From the NCBI RefSeq assembly GCF_009914755.1, contig NC_060928.1: 64,000 nt of DNA; one strand, 5' to 3'. Shown here in pieces: positions 37,815 through 49,811 of the stretch. Within the stretch, counting starts at the first letter, position 1. Each line of letters begins with the position of its first letter. A program made the translations under genes and the position numbers. The notes under the pieces are model-generated. The model was given only the letters and a program-made list of their open reading frames with translations. It was not told where the DNA came from and did not search any database. Source of the stretch: the human T2T-CHM13v2.0 reference genome, Homo sapiens.

Positions 37815-38255
37815 GGTTCTCTAATGCAGTGGTTCGTACAGTGTCGTTCCTGAACCAGCAGCATCATTACCACCTGGGAACTTGTTAGGAATTCTAGACA
37901 TGTATCAGAAACTTTGAGAGCTCAGCCCTTTTGAGAGTTTATGTTATGATAAATCCTCTAGGTGATTCTGATGCATGCTAAAATGTTAGAATTACTCCTC
38001 TAAGGCAAGGTTTCTCAATCATGGCAGTACTGATATTTTGGACTGAATAATTCTTTGTTCAGTACAGGGGATGTCCAGTGCATTGAAAGGTATTTAGCTG
38101 TATCCCTGGGCTCTACCCACTAGATGCCAATAGAAACACTCCCCCAACTCCCCAACTCCCCCCACCCTCATGTCCCCAGTAATCACAACAATCAAAAATA
38201 TCTCCAGACTTTGTACCCTGGAGGGTAAAAGCATCCCCTGGTGAGAGCAACTGCC
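37815..38255. mobile_element. MER5-like followed by MER20-like hAT MITEs
   Basis: cagcagcatcattaccacctgggaacttgttag; caaggtttctcaa...ctctacccactagatgcca. Confidence 0.7.
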
Positions 38256-39086
38256 CTAAAGAAAAGAAAATCAGTATTCATCTATGGTTATTGTTATTGT
38301 TTGGTAAATATTCATGCTTCTCTCCCCACTCTCCATGGGAGGGATACGATTCTGCACTCCAGTCAATAACGGGGCTAAATCATGACTTACTTCAGTCAAT
38401 ACACTGTGACACAAGCAGAGGCGGTAAATGTGCTTGCAAAGTCTGGCTTGGTCTTCTGAATGCTCTGCACTCCACTAAGAGAATATGCCTGGACAAATGG
38501 AGCAGACTTGAACCTGACTCACAGCCTAAAGCCGAGCCATCACCAAAGCACAAAGTAAATTTGGCTGATCATGCCACTGAGAGACTAGGGTTGTTCGTTA
38601 AGCAGCATTAGTGGAGCAAGAGCACTAACACAACACCACTAGAGACATATTTGAGCAGCCCAGCTTAGACTGCCTTTATGAATAAAACAGTCATTTTCCT
38701 TTCAAGCATATCTATTAACACAACTACTTTCACATTTGCTAAGGGGCTGTTTTTTTCTTTTTTTTTGAGACAGGGTCTCATTCTGTTGCCCTGGCTGGAG
38801 TACAGTGGTACGATCACAGCTCACTGCAGCCTCAACCTCCTTAGGCTCTGCTAGGGGGCTATTTTAACTGAGGCAAATGTCTTAACTATGAAGACCTAAA
38901 GATAGATACAAATGGTCTCTGTAGAGAAGTTCATCCATATCATGCACTAGACCTACACTGTGGCTATATACATTTAAACGAAGTAAAATTAAAAATTTAG
39001 TTCCTCAGTAACAGTAGTAACATTTCAAATGTTCAATAGTTTCATGTAGCTAGTAGTTACCTCACTGCATGGTGCACTAAGTTCTA

Positions 39087-39507
<421 letters not shown>

Positions 39508-41509
39508 CTATCCATGATTTCTCACTCTCTTGGTTTTCCTCCTAGTTCACTAGCCACTTCTTAGTATCCTTTGTTGACACCTCTTCCACTATTCTGCCAG
39601 ATCTCTTCATCTTCAAGTGTCCCAAAGCTTTATTCTTTTCTCTAAATTCTCTCCCTAGATGAGTTAGTCCAGTTCCCTTAGAATATCATTGGCACACTGA
39701 TGACCTTCAAATTTGTATCTCCAACCCAGAACTTCAAGCAGAGCTCCCAGCCTCTACAGTCAATTGCTTACTAAACATTTCAACTAGAAAAATAGGCATT
39801 GCAAAATTAACATATATAAATTAAATTATTTATTTTTTGACCCAAAATCTATTTACTCCCTCCACTCCCTCCTTCTTTCTCAACTCAGGAAACAGTATGA
39901 GTTGTTCTGCCAGAAAGGTCACTCTGAAGGTTTCCTCCTGTGAATCGTAATTATTCCACCTCTAAAAATATATCCCAAAGCCATCATTCCTTTCCATATC
40001 AACAGTTCTTAATCCTAGTCCAAATCAACATCATCTCTAACATAAATTACTATAACATCATTTCCTCCATTGGTGTTCACCATTATGCCACTATCAACCA
40101 TTATCCACAGTGGACACAGTCATCTTTTAAAAATTCTGTATCAGATCATCTTCCTCTCCTGCTTAACACCTCCAGTGGTTTCCCTTTGTACTTAAAATCA
40201 ATACTCTTTTTCAGGGCCTACAAGAGTTCATATAATCTGTCCCACCATGTCTAATTACATTTCCAATCCACTCTACCATTTCTCCTCCTTACTCACTGCT
40301 CTCCAGCCCCTATAGCCTTCTTTCTGAACCTCTAAAATGCCAAATCAACTAACTTAGAGCCTTTGAACTAACTTCCTGGTGTCAAGAAAGTTCTTCTCTG
40401 AAATCTTTGCACAATGAATTCTTCTTAACATTCATGTCTCTGTGCAAATTTCACTTATAAAAGAGGCCTTCCATAATCCCACAAACTAATGTAGCCTCCC
40501 ACTTAAAGTTACTTTCTATTATATTGCTGTCTTATTTTCTGCAAAGCAAATATCACTATTCAACTCAGAAATCCTTTAACTCAAAGGCCGTAATTGTCAG
40601 TTATAGCATGAACTTCAATAAAAATTTAGTGATTTTTATTTTAAGAAAAACAGAATTTACAACATCCCATTAACCTTCTAAGAATTAACTCAATGTCTTC
40701 AAAAAAAAACAGGGAACAAATAGCATATAAGCCCTGTAAGATGTTCACAAAATACAGCCATACTGAATCCCTTCTTTGTATCAAATATAGAGTTAAGCAC
40801 AGCAGATGTACTTATTTTTCCCCTAAATTTGTTTTTCAACATTGGATTAATTTGGTGCTTATGAAATGATTAAATTATTTTAAAAGACCCTATTATACGG
40901 TAGCAGTCATAACACAAATTTGTTCTTTTGTTTTTCCAGTCTCTTAGGTAGAGACTAACAATTGTGCTGAATTGTAAGATTGTTTTGTGGTGTGTGTTCA
41001 ACTAAGCTGAATCTACTAAACACATTCCAACTTTAATCTGAATGAAATATTGAACCATTATTTCAAAGATACAAAAAGATTTTTGCAAAGCCATGTGCCA
41101 CCTACCATCCTGTAGCAGGCAAGTAAATCTGTATCTCCCAAAGACTGACATTAACATTTTGAAAATTTCTTAAAATTCTCCTTTATATCACTTCCTATCT
41201 GATTTATCGCGTCTCCTGATTTCCTTTTTATTTCTAATCTTGCCTCACTTCAATCCATCCTCCACACTTCTCAAATATGAACAAACACTGATTGTTTTAC
41301 TCTGTTACTTACCTTTTCAACTGCTCATATTATCTATACAGTAAAGTATGAATTGTTTAATAAAGTCTTCTATAATCAGGCTTCTACCTAACTATACAGC
41401 TTCACATACGCCATTTCCCTATTTCTAGTCTCATTTACTACATGAAATTAATTGACTAAGCCATGTTTTGTTTAAGTTGTATACCTCTGCACATATTATC
41501 ATTTCTTGG

Positions 41510-41792
41510 CATCCAACGAGGATTGGTACCAGGACCTCTGTGGTTAACGAAATCCACTGATGCACAAGTCCCTTATTTAAAATGGCTCCTCTTGTATACT
41601 TCAAATCATCTCTAGATTACTTATAATACCTAATATAATGTAAATATGTAAAAAGTTGTACAGTGTTGTTTTTCTATTTGTGTTATTTTTGTTGTTGTAT
41701 TGTTATTTTTTGTGGGTTTTTTCCAACTATTTTCAACCCTCAGTTAGTTGAATCCATGAAATTAGAACCTACAGATATGGAAGGCTAACTGT
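41510..41792 (+). mobile_element. MER2-like Tigger MITE
   Basis: ggattggtaccaggacc...aaatcatctctagattacttataatacctaata...ttagttgaatcc. Confidence 0.7.
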
Positions 41793-42939
41793 CCCATTTC
41801 CCTTGCTTTTATGTCCTTAGTGAAATCTTATTCTTGCTTCATCATACAGAATAAGCATCATCTCCATGAAGACTTCCATGATCGTTTCAAGCAAAGTAAA
41901 TCACTTTCTTCTTTGGGCTAGTTCTACACTGAGCCCATATTTAGTGGAAAGCACTATTGTGTAATGGAGTCTGTCTTGAATTCCAGAATTTCCTGCTTAT
42001 CATGTGATCTTTGTCAAATTACTTAATCTTTCTGTACTAGTTTCCTCATTTGGAAAATGGTAAAAGAAATAGTACAACTTCATATATAACTTTTGAAAAC
42101 CTTACTGAGATAACTGGTTATTTTATGCATGTAAAGTTCTTAGAACAGCATCTATCACTTAGTAAGCACTAAATAAAAGTTATTAATTATTACATTATGT
42201 AGTAATAGTTTAAAGCTATACTTCCTCCACTAAATTGTGAAGTCCTTGACAGTAAAGATTGTGTCTTTTTTGTCTTTCAATCTCTAACAAGTTTGAGTTA
42301 CAAATCTCAGCAACTATCTGCTGACTTAAACTGAAAAATATCTGACCCTAGAGAAGCAAAGATCGAGCAATCACTTTCTCATGCAGTTTCCTGTTTATAA
42401 AGAGTAGTCATTCTTAATATGTAAAATGCTAATCATATAATGATATTTCACTGATAGACTCAAAGCTCAAAATCACATGAAGTAAGACATATGACATTGC
42501 ACTACTGAACTTCATGAATTTCATACTCAACACATTTTTAAGTGATCCTGCCACTCCTCTAGTAGCAGTAACTATTGATCTCTTCTGCACCTCCAAGATG
42601 TCAGAGCAGTGGGGCATTTTCAGGAAACTGGTGACATGTGTTGCTCTCTTCAAACCAGTGACTGGTGCAATATTGTGATAGTAATGAGGTACGATTCAGT
42701 GCTAGTTTACCAAGGAAGGTAAACTTTACCAAAGGAGTTCAACTAGCACTGATTTGTATCTCATTACTGACACAATATGGCACCAGTCTAGTCATACTAA
42801 TAGATCAAACAGTGAAAGATGTTCAATTTAATCATATTTACAGGAATATTTGATACGATAATGGATATTAAGGAATTCCAAAGAACCCAAAAGAAAGCTG
42901 AAAAAGCTTTTAAAAAACGGGGGGAGGGGGAAATCACCG

Positions 42940-43733
42940 CTACAGTATTCCATAGTGTATATGTACATTTTCTTTATTCAATCTATCACTGATGGGCGTT
43001 TGGGTTGATTCCACATCTTTGCTATTATGAATAGTGCTGCAATGAACATACATGTGCATGTATCTTTGTAAAATAATAATTTATATTCTTTTGGGTATAT
43101 ACCCAGTGATGGGATTGCTGAGTCAAATGGTATTTCTGGTTCTACATCTTTGAGGACTCGCCACACTGTCTTCCACAATGGTTGAACTAATTTACATTTC
43201 CACCAACACTGTAAACACGTGGAGTACTATCCAGCCATAAAAAGGAATGAGATAATGTCCTTTGCAGGGACTTGGACAAAAGACCACAAAAGACCAGCCA
43301 CAGATACAAGGCTATCTTGAATAGGAGGGGCCAAAATGCTGAGGCCAGGCACATGCAGCCTACCTAAGACTGCTGCTGCACTAGGAAAACAGAGAACTAC
43401 CCTGCCTCTCCCTTTCAGGAGCTGGAAGCCATCATCCTCAGCAAACTAACACAGGAACAGAAAACCAAACACCACATGTTCTCGCTTATAAATAGGAGCT
43501 AAACAATGACAACAAATGGACACAGGGAGGGGAACATCACACACTAGGGCCTGTCAGGATGGGGTAGGGGGAGGGAGAGCATTAGGAAAAATAGCTAATG
43601 CATGCTGGGCTTAATACTTATGTGATAAGTTGATAGGTGCAGCAAATCACCATGGGACACATTTACCTATGTCACAAACCTGCACATCCTACACATGTAC
43701 CCCAGAACTTAAACTTAAAATTTAAATTAAAAA
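42940..43733 (+). mobile_element. 5'-inverted L1PA 3' end (twin-priming structure) with internal foreign insert
   Basis: 42942-43217 is antisense L1, 43218-43733 is sense L1 3'UTR plus A tail; TSD AAATCACC (42931-42938, 43734-43741). Confidence 0.88.
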
Positions 43734-43744
43734 AAATCACCTCC

Positions 43745-45880
43745 ATCCAAACAACAGAAAAAGCTGGATAAACTACAAACTCCTACCAGACAGCCTGAAA
43801 TCCAGGAATGGGGCAGCCCCCATTCCCAGGAGAAAAAAAGATTACAGATTGTCCCAACTGTAGTAGAGCATAGGAGGAAGGAACAAGACCAAATAAATAC
43901 ATAAGAAGAAACCAAGTATAACTTTAATAATTTGACAAAGACCAAATGCAGGCTAGCATAATAGTACAGCAACACTGAGAGCCCAAAACACAAGGTGAAT
44001 TCACACTGACTCTCAGACTCTTTTGCAAGGGCCCTCACTTTACACATAAAGACTGGGAGAGGGGAAGAGACTAAACAGCCTAAGTCAGTGCTACAGATAC
44101 AGAGGAGGGGACTGACCACCAGTGAAGGAAAGCAAAACGTTCTACCCTCCTTCCAAACCCTTCTCTCCCATAGAGGAAAGGACTTAAGCTACTGTAGGAG
44201 GAGAATCAACCCTGTTGACCCCAGGACACAAATACAATCCATCCTTGCTGAAAGATGAGTAAAAGAAAAAACTCTCTATACCTGAGAGAGGGGCAAACAA
44301 CAGTCCTTTCTCAGAGTGAGGCAGAAAACTCTTTACCACAAAAGACCAGCCACAGATACAAGGCTGTCATGAACAGCAGGGGCCAAAATGCTGAGGCCAG
44401 GCACATACAGCCTACCTAAGAGTGTAGCTGCACTAGGAAAACAGAGAACTAACCTGCCTCTCATACCCTGAACTGAGTAATGAAACACAGTATTCTACAG
44501 CTGGAGGTAGGGCAAGAGCATGGCAAGAGGCACCCTCTGTAGCACAAGTGTGCGCCAAAGCACAGGAAAACTGGAGTGGAACTATTATATAGAAAAATAA
44601 GAAAATGTCTCTGGCACAATGTTCTCACAGTAAGCACAGGGCATCTTTAGAGGAATTTGAAGCCTGTGAGACACTGAAGGTAACCATAGCAATAACAAAA
44701 CTCAAACTCAGCTCAATTCCTAACTAATGCAAATCCCACAATAAAGGACAAATGATAGAAAAAAGGCACCCATTTCAAGGTGTAAAAACTATTTATCTCA
44801 GTATCTACTAATCTGCACATATTTGGCACTCAATAAAAAAAAAAGACAAACAAAAAGAAAAACAGAATTATCATAAACAGAAACAGACCCAGAGATGACC
44901 CAGTTGTTGGAACTACCAGACAGGAATCTTAAATAACTATAACTATGAGTAAGATGTTAAAAAAAAAAAACAAAAACCTAGAAAGGTAGATGAAATGTGT
45001 TAACAGACAGGAATTTCAATAGAGATGAAAATTCTACGAGTCAAATGGAAGAGCTACAAATAAAAAATATAATATCACAGATGAAAAATTTCTTAGGCAG
45101 AATTATCAGTATATTCAATAAAGCCAAAGATGAATGCAGCAGATTCGAAGACAGGCCAATGAAAAATACCAGAATTGAAACACAACTCCAAAAAAAGTGA
45201 AAAAAAATAGAGTACCCAAAAGCTGTGGGATAATAACAAATGGTCTAGCATATGTATAATTGGATTCCCAGATTCTTAGAAAGATAATAGAGAAGCAATA
45301 GGGCAAAAGAAATAATTGAAGAAATAATGGACACAATGTCTTTTACAACCTAGTCTCAAAAGTCATATACCATCAGTTTTGCCTTATTCTACTGGTCCCA
45401 GAAACCAATCCTGACACAATTTGGAAGCGGTCCACAGAAGGGCATGAATACCAGAAGGCAAGGATAACTGGGGACCATTTTGAAAGCTAGCTACTACTAA
45501 TCTGGTGAATGGATAAACAAACTGGTACACCCATATTGTGGAACAGTAATCAACAATAAAAAGGAATAAACTACAGATATGTGCCCCAGCAAAACCCACA
45601 AGTGAATTATGCTAAATGAAAGACACTAGACCCAATAAGCTACATACAGTATTTATATCGGCATTCTGGGAAAGGCGAAACCAAAGGGACCCAAAACTGA
45701 GCTGTCAGGGGCTTGGAAAGGCCCAGAAGACTGACCATAAAGAGACATGAGGGAACTTTGTGGGATGATGGCAATGTTATATATTCGATTATAATGCTGC
45801 TTATATGACTGTACATGTCTGTAAAATTCACAGAACTGTACACCTAAAAAGGGTAAGTTTTATAGTATGTAAATTATACC
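43745..45880 (+). mobile_element. Old L1M pieces (5'/ORF1-like and 3' end)
   Basis: gagatgacccagttgttggaactaccagac; degenerate ORF1-like 44997-45200; tgaatggataaacaaactggtac. Confidence 0.6.
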
Positions 45881-46575
45881 TCAAGAAAGTGCTCATAGAA
45901 AGACAGAGAAGGGAATCTTGAGGGGAAACAGAAGAGGCTTGGTTGAGAGGATGGATACAGGAGTCATAATGTGCAAATAATAAAAGTTTCTGAAAGAAAG
46001 ATGACTACTAAACTAATAACATTATAAAGTCCCTCAAGCTAAAGAAATTTCTCCAAGCTTGAGTCTGCAGGTGAAAACTGCCTATAAAATTATGGGTTAC
46101 AAGGGTGAGAAAAGATATCTGGCAAATGCCATGAACTCAAGAATAAAGAGAAAAACCTTAGATGCTTCCAGAAAAAAACAAGTTACTTAGGAAAAAAAAA
46201 AAAGAGAGGTAGGCATAGGCCTTTATATCCACAACATGGCAAAAGAAGATAGTGAAAGAGCATTCATAAATTTTTGAGAGAAAAGGACTGCCACCCAAGA
46301 ATTCTATCCCAACAAAGAGTAAAAGGAAAGTATTTTGGCGTATGTTATCACTCATTTATCCAATTGAGAGAAACGGCCAAAAAAAATAAATGAATAACAA
46401 CTGAATCATAGTAGAGATAGAGGAGGAAAAGAGAAGACCTTATGACATATGTAATTAAATCTAACTAGGGAATAGTAAAGAAATTGGACAGAGATATATG
46501 ATAAAAAAAAATTCAGTGCATTAGAATTAAAATAAAGCATCTAAACAAAAGGAATATTAAAATCAGACCAGTGTA

Positions 46576-47320
46576 CAGTAGTATCTTTATCTGCAGTTTC
46601 ATCTCCGCAGTTTCAGTTACCCTTGGTCAATCATGGTTCAAAATATTAAAAGGGAAATTCCAGAAACAAACAATTGGTAAGTTTTAAACTGTGTACTGTC
46701 TGAGTAGTGTGAAGAAATTTCTCACCATCCTGCTCCATCCCACCCAAGACATAAATCATCACTTTGTCCAGCACATCCACCACTTTGTCCAGCACATCCA
46801 CCACTTTGTCCAGCATATCCACACTGTGTATACTACCTGACCGTTAGCCATCAACATCATCTGCTCCTGATATCCAATCATCAACATCATCGTGGCTTGA
46901 TGATCCAGAATCACCAGAAGCAGATGCTCCTCCTTCTGAAGTATTGTCAGAAGGTTAATAGTAGCCTAACACTACATCACAACACCTACATTCTTCACCT
47001 CACTCGCTCTCATCACATAGACATTTTATCTCTCACATCATCGCAGGAGGAAGGGTACAATATAATATTTTGAGAGCGAGAGAGACCACTTTCACAAAAC
47101 TTTTATTACTTTATTACTTCTATTGTTATAATTGTTCTATTTTATTATTAATTATTGTTAATCTCTTACTGTGCCTAATTTATAAATTACACTTTATCAC
47201 AGGTATTTATGTATAGGAAAAAACATAGTATTAATATAGAAAGGGTTCAGTACTATCCATGGTTTTAGGCATCCACTGGGAGTCCTGGAATGTATCCCCT
47301 GGGATAAGGGGAGATGCCTG
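46576..47320 (+). mobile_element. MER44/Tigger7-like element with internal 3x21-bp tandem repeat (46760-46822)
   Basis: TA|CAGTAGT...GATAAGGGGAGATGCCTG|TA ends; repeat unit CACTTTGTCCAGCACATCCAC. Confidence 0.78.
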
Positions 47321-47376
47321 TACAAGGAAACTGCAAGTGACTATTTCCAACAGCTTTTTTGTTTGTTAGTTTTTAC

Positions 47377-47491
47377 CTGGTTTGCAAGATGAGAGTGACC
47401 AAACAGCTTGTGACCCAATTTCCCGTACTGTTCCAGTCCTTTCCAACTGCTTGGGGTCAGCACCAGGAGGTGTCTTGTTTGGTGTAGTCAT
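47377..47491 (-). CDS. ANAPC10: ANAPC10 first coding exon (exon 47377-47503, including 12 nt UTR): MTTPNKTPPGADPKQLERTGTVREIGSQAVWSLSSCKP(G)
   Basis: Manual translation matches the APC10/DOC1 N-terminus; acceptor tacatag|, donor CAG|gtaaaa; 115 coding nt. Confidence 0.97.
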
Positions 47492-47648
47492 TTTTAAAAT
47501 ATTCTATGTAGAAAACAAGAATGCACACATTGTATCAGGAACTGGGCATCTTTCTACAAAAGTTTTTTACCAAGAAAAATTTAATGGAACTCATATACCC
47601 TGACATTAATCATTTATTCTGAAGAATGCAGTTAATATAATTAAATCA

Positions 47649-47813
<165 letters not shown>

Positions 47814-48323
47814 TCAGGTTTTGTTTCATATGACCAGATATGCAAAGCAGTGAGCTATAGTAGTCAAAAGAGCACAGAATCAAAGTTTTGGCTTCAGTAT
47901 CTCCTTTAATCAGCCTAGACTTTGAGTAGGTCTGGGCTTTATTTCCTCTCCTGTTAAAGAGGTTCACTTGATGATTTTTACTTCTACAATGCTATGCAGT
48001 TCTATAATTCTGTGCCTGAAAATTCAAATGACTTTTAGCCCTAGAAAAGTCAGACTGAAATACTTTTATTCTAGGAATATATAAATATTGATCCTCATTT
48101 TATTTACTTAATTCCTTTTTTTTTAGAGACAGGATCTAGCTATGTTACCCAGGCTGGTCTTGAACACCTTGCTTCAAGCGATCCTCCCACCTCAGCCTCC
48201 CAAGTAGCTGGGATTACAGGTGTGATCCCATCACCCCACTAAGATCCTCATTTTAAATATTCATTGAGTGATGCAGAGAACAGTCATACCTGCCCTCTAG
48301 CTGTCAAAAGTTTTATTTAAGAC

Positions 48324-48618
48324 CCAGCCCGGTGGCTCACACCTGTAATCCCAGCAGTTTGGGAGGCCAAGGCAGGTGGATTGCTTGAGCCCAGGAGTTC
48401 GAGACCAGCCTGGAATATGGTGAAACCCTGTCTCTAAAAAAATTCCAAAAAATCAGCCTGGTGTGGCGGCACACACCTGTAGTCCCAGGGGGGCTGAGAC
48501 AGGAGGATCACCTGAACTGGGAGGCGGAGGTTGCAGTGAGCCGAGATCGTGCTACTGCACTCCAGCCTGCGTAACAGAGCAAGACACTGTCCCAAAAAGC
48601 ACAAAAATAAGAAAAAAA
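48324..48618 (+). mobile_element. AluJ/S (FLAM monomers nearby at ~47668-47800 + and ~48115-48240 -)
   Basis: Alu consensus. Confidence 0.88.
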
Positions 48619-49511
48619 TGTTAAAAGTTCACTTACATATGCTCTTACCATAGAAGATAAGGTCAGGAAAATGGCTTCAAGATTTTGAAGTGAATAACTG
48701 GCCCATTCTAAAAAGGTTGACCTCATCTTTCACATCTTTTGTTAATTTTACTAAGTCTATTCATATGTGAAAAAACACTTCAATACTGGATCGTGAACAA
48801 TATGTAAAACTGCTTTGGTAGCGCAGTTACTGCTACTGAACATTGTTATATATGCTATTCAAAATAGGTGCAATAGTTCTGCATACCGTTTCCTTGACAC
48901 CTCCCATTGTATCCGAAGTTGTTCTTTAATCGGCACACAAGCACTTGATACTTACTAAATAACGGCAGACACAACGGACTGTAAACTTTGGCAAGGCCTG
49001 AGGCTTAAACGCTCAATAAGTAATTTACTGAATGAATAAACAGATGAATAGGTTCAGTCATGAACTAGTTGTCACTTGCCTGCAAGTTAGGTGAGATCTA
49101 GGGCGAGACTATTCAACCTGCAACCATCATTACTAACTGAATGTCCTGTTACCTAAAAAAAGATAGAAATAAAGCCCATCTTTAGGGCAGAATTCAACTG
49201 CCGGACTTGGGACTGGACGCCACCAAGTGGATAAAATATGGAGCTCGGAAAAGATTGGATTCCCGGCCCTGAACTGACCACACAGTTGAGAGGAAGTTGA
49301 GGCCTAGAAGAGCGCGCAACAGTAAGCCGTGTCGGCACCAGACTCTGTTGGTCCTACTGACACCTCCAGCGTTAGAATGACTAAGGCTCCACTCCTGACC
49401 CACCGGCCTTGAGGAAAGCGCAAACGTAAAAAAAGATTGAAACCGGAGAGGCGAATGCATCTGTTTACGCTAGGACCACGCTCGACGTCGGAGAAAAGCC
49501 CACACACTCAC

Positions 49512-49600
49512 AGTTTCCAGACCTGGCTGCTTGCCGAAACTCAGATTCTCGGCACCTCCAGCAGCTGGCTTCGCCAACGGCGTTGAACAAGGGTCGCAGC
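49512..49600 (-). other. ANAPC10: ANAPC10 non-coding exon 1 (5' end approximate)
   Basis: Minus-strand donor ACT|GTGAGT (plus ACTCAC 49506-49511) inside the CpG island, upstream of the ATG exon. The TSS cannot be determined from sequence. Confidence 0.75.
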
Positions 49601-49699
49601 TCAATGACGTCATATCTCCCTACCTACCTCCAGGGTTCCGCCTCACGCTCTATGTCGCGCGCGCGCACTACGTCCTATGGCTTGCGCGTGCGGCGGCTG

Positions 49700-49811
49700 G
49701 GCACCGCCATTTTGGCCGGTGGCCGTGAGAACACGCTGTGTGGCTGAAAAGTGAAGGCAAGAGCTGATTTGGCCTCTGTGCTCCCCTCCGCAAGGGGATC
49801 GTTTTCTCCAG
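49700..49811 (+). other. ABCE1: ABCE1 non-coding exon 1 (5' end approximate)
   Basis: Donor CAG|gtacgt at 49811/49812 in the CpG island, upstream of the ATG exon. Confidence 0.75.

Noticed and set aside
46760-46822. 3x21-bp direct repeat as a CRISPR-like array
   Set aside because: No spacers; a simple tandem expansion inside a MER44-type element in eukaryotic DNA
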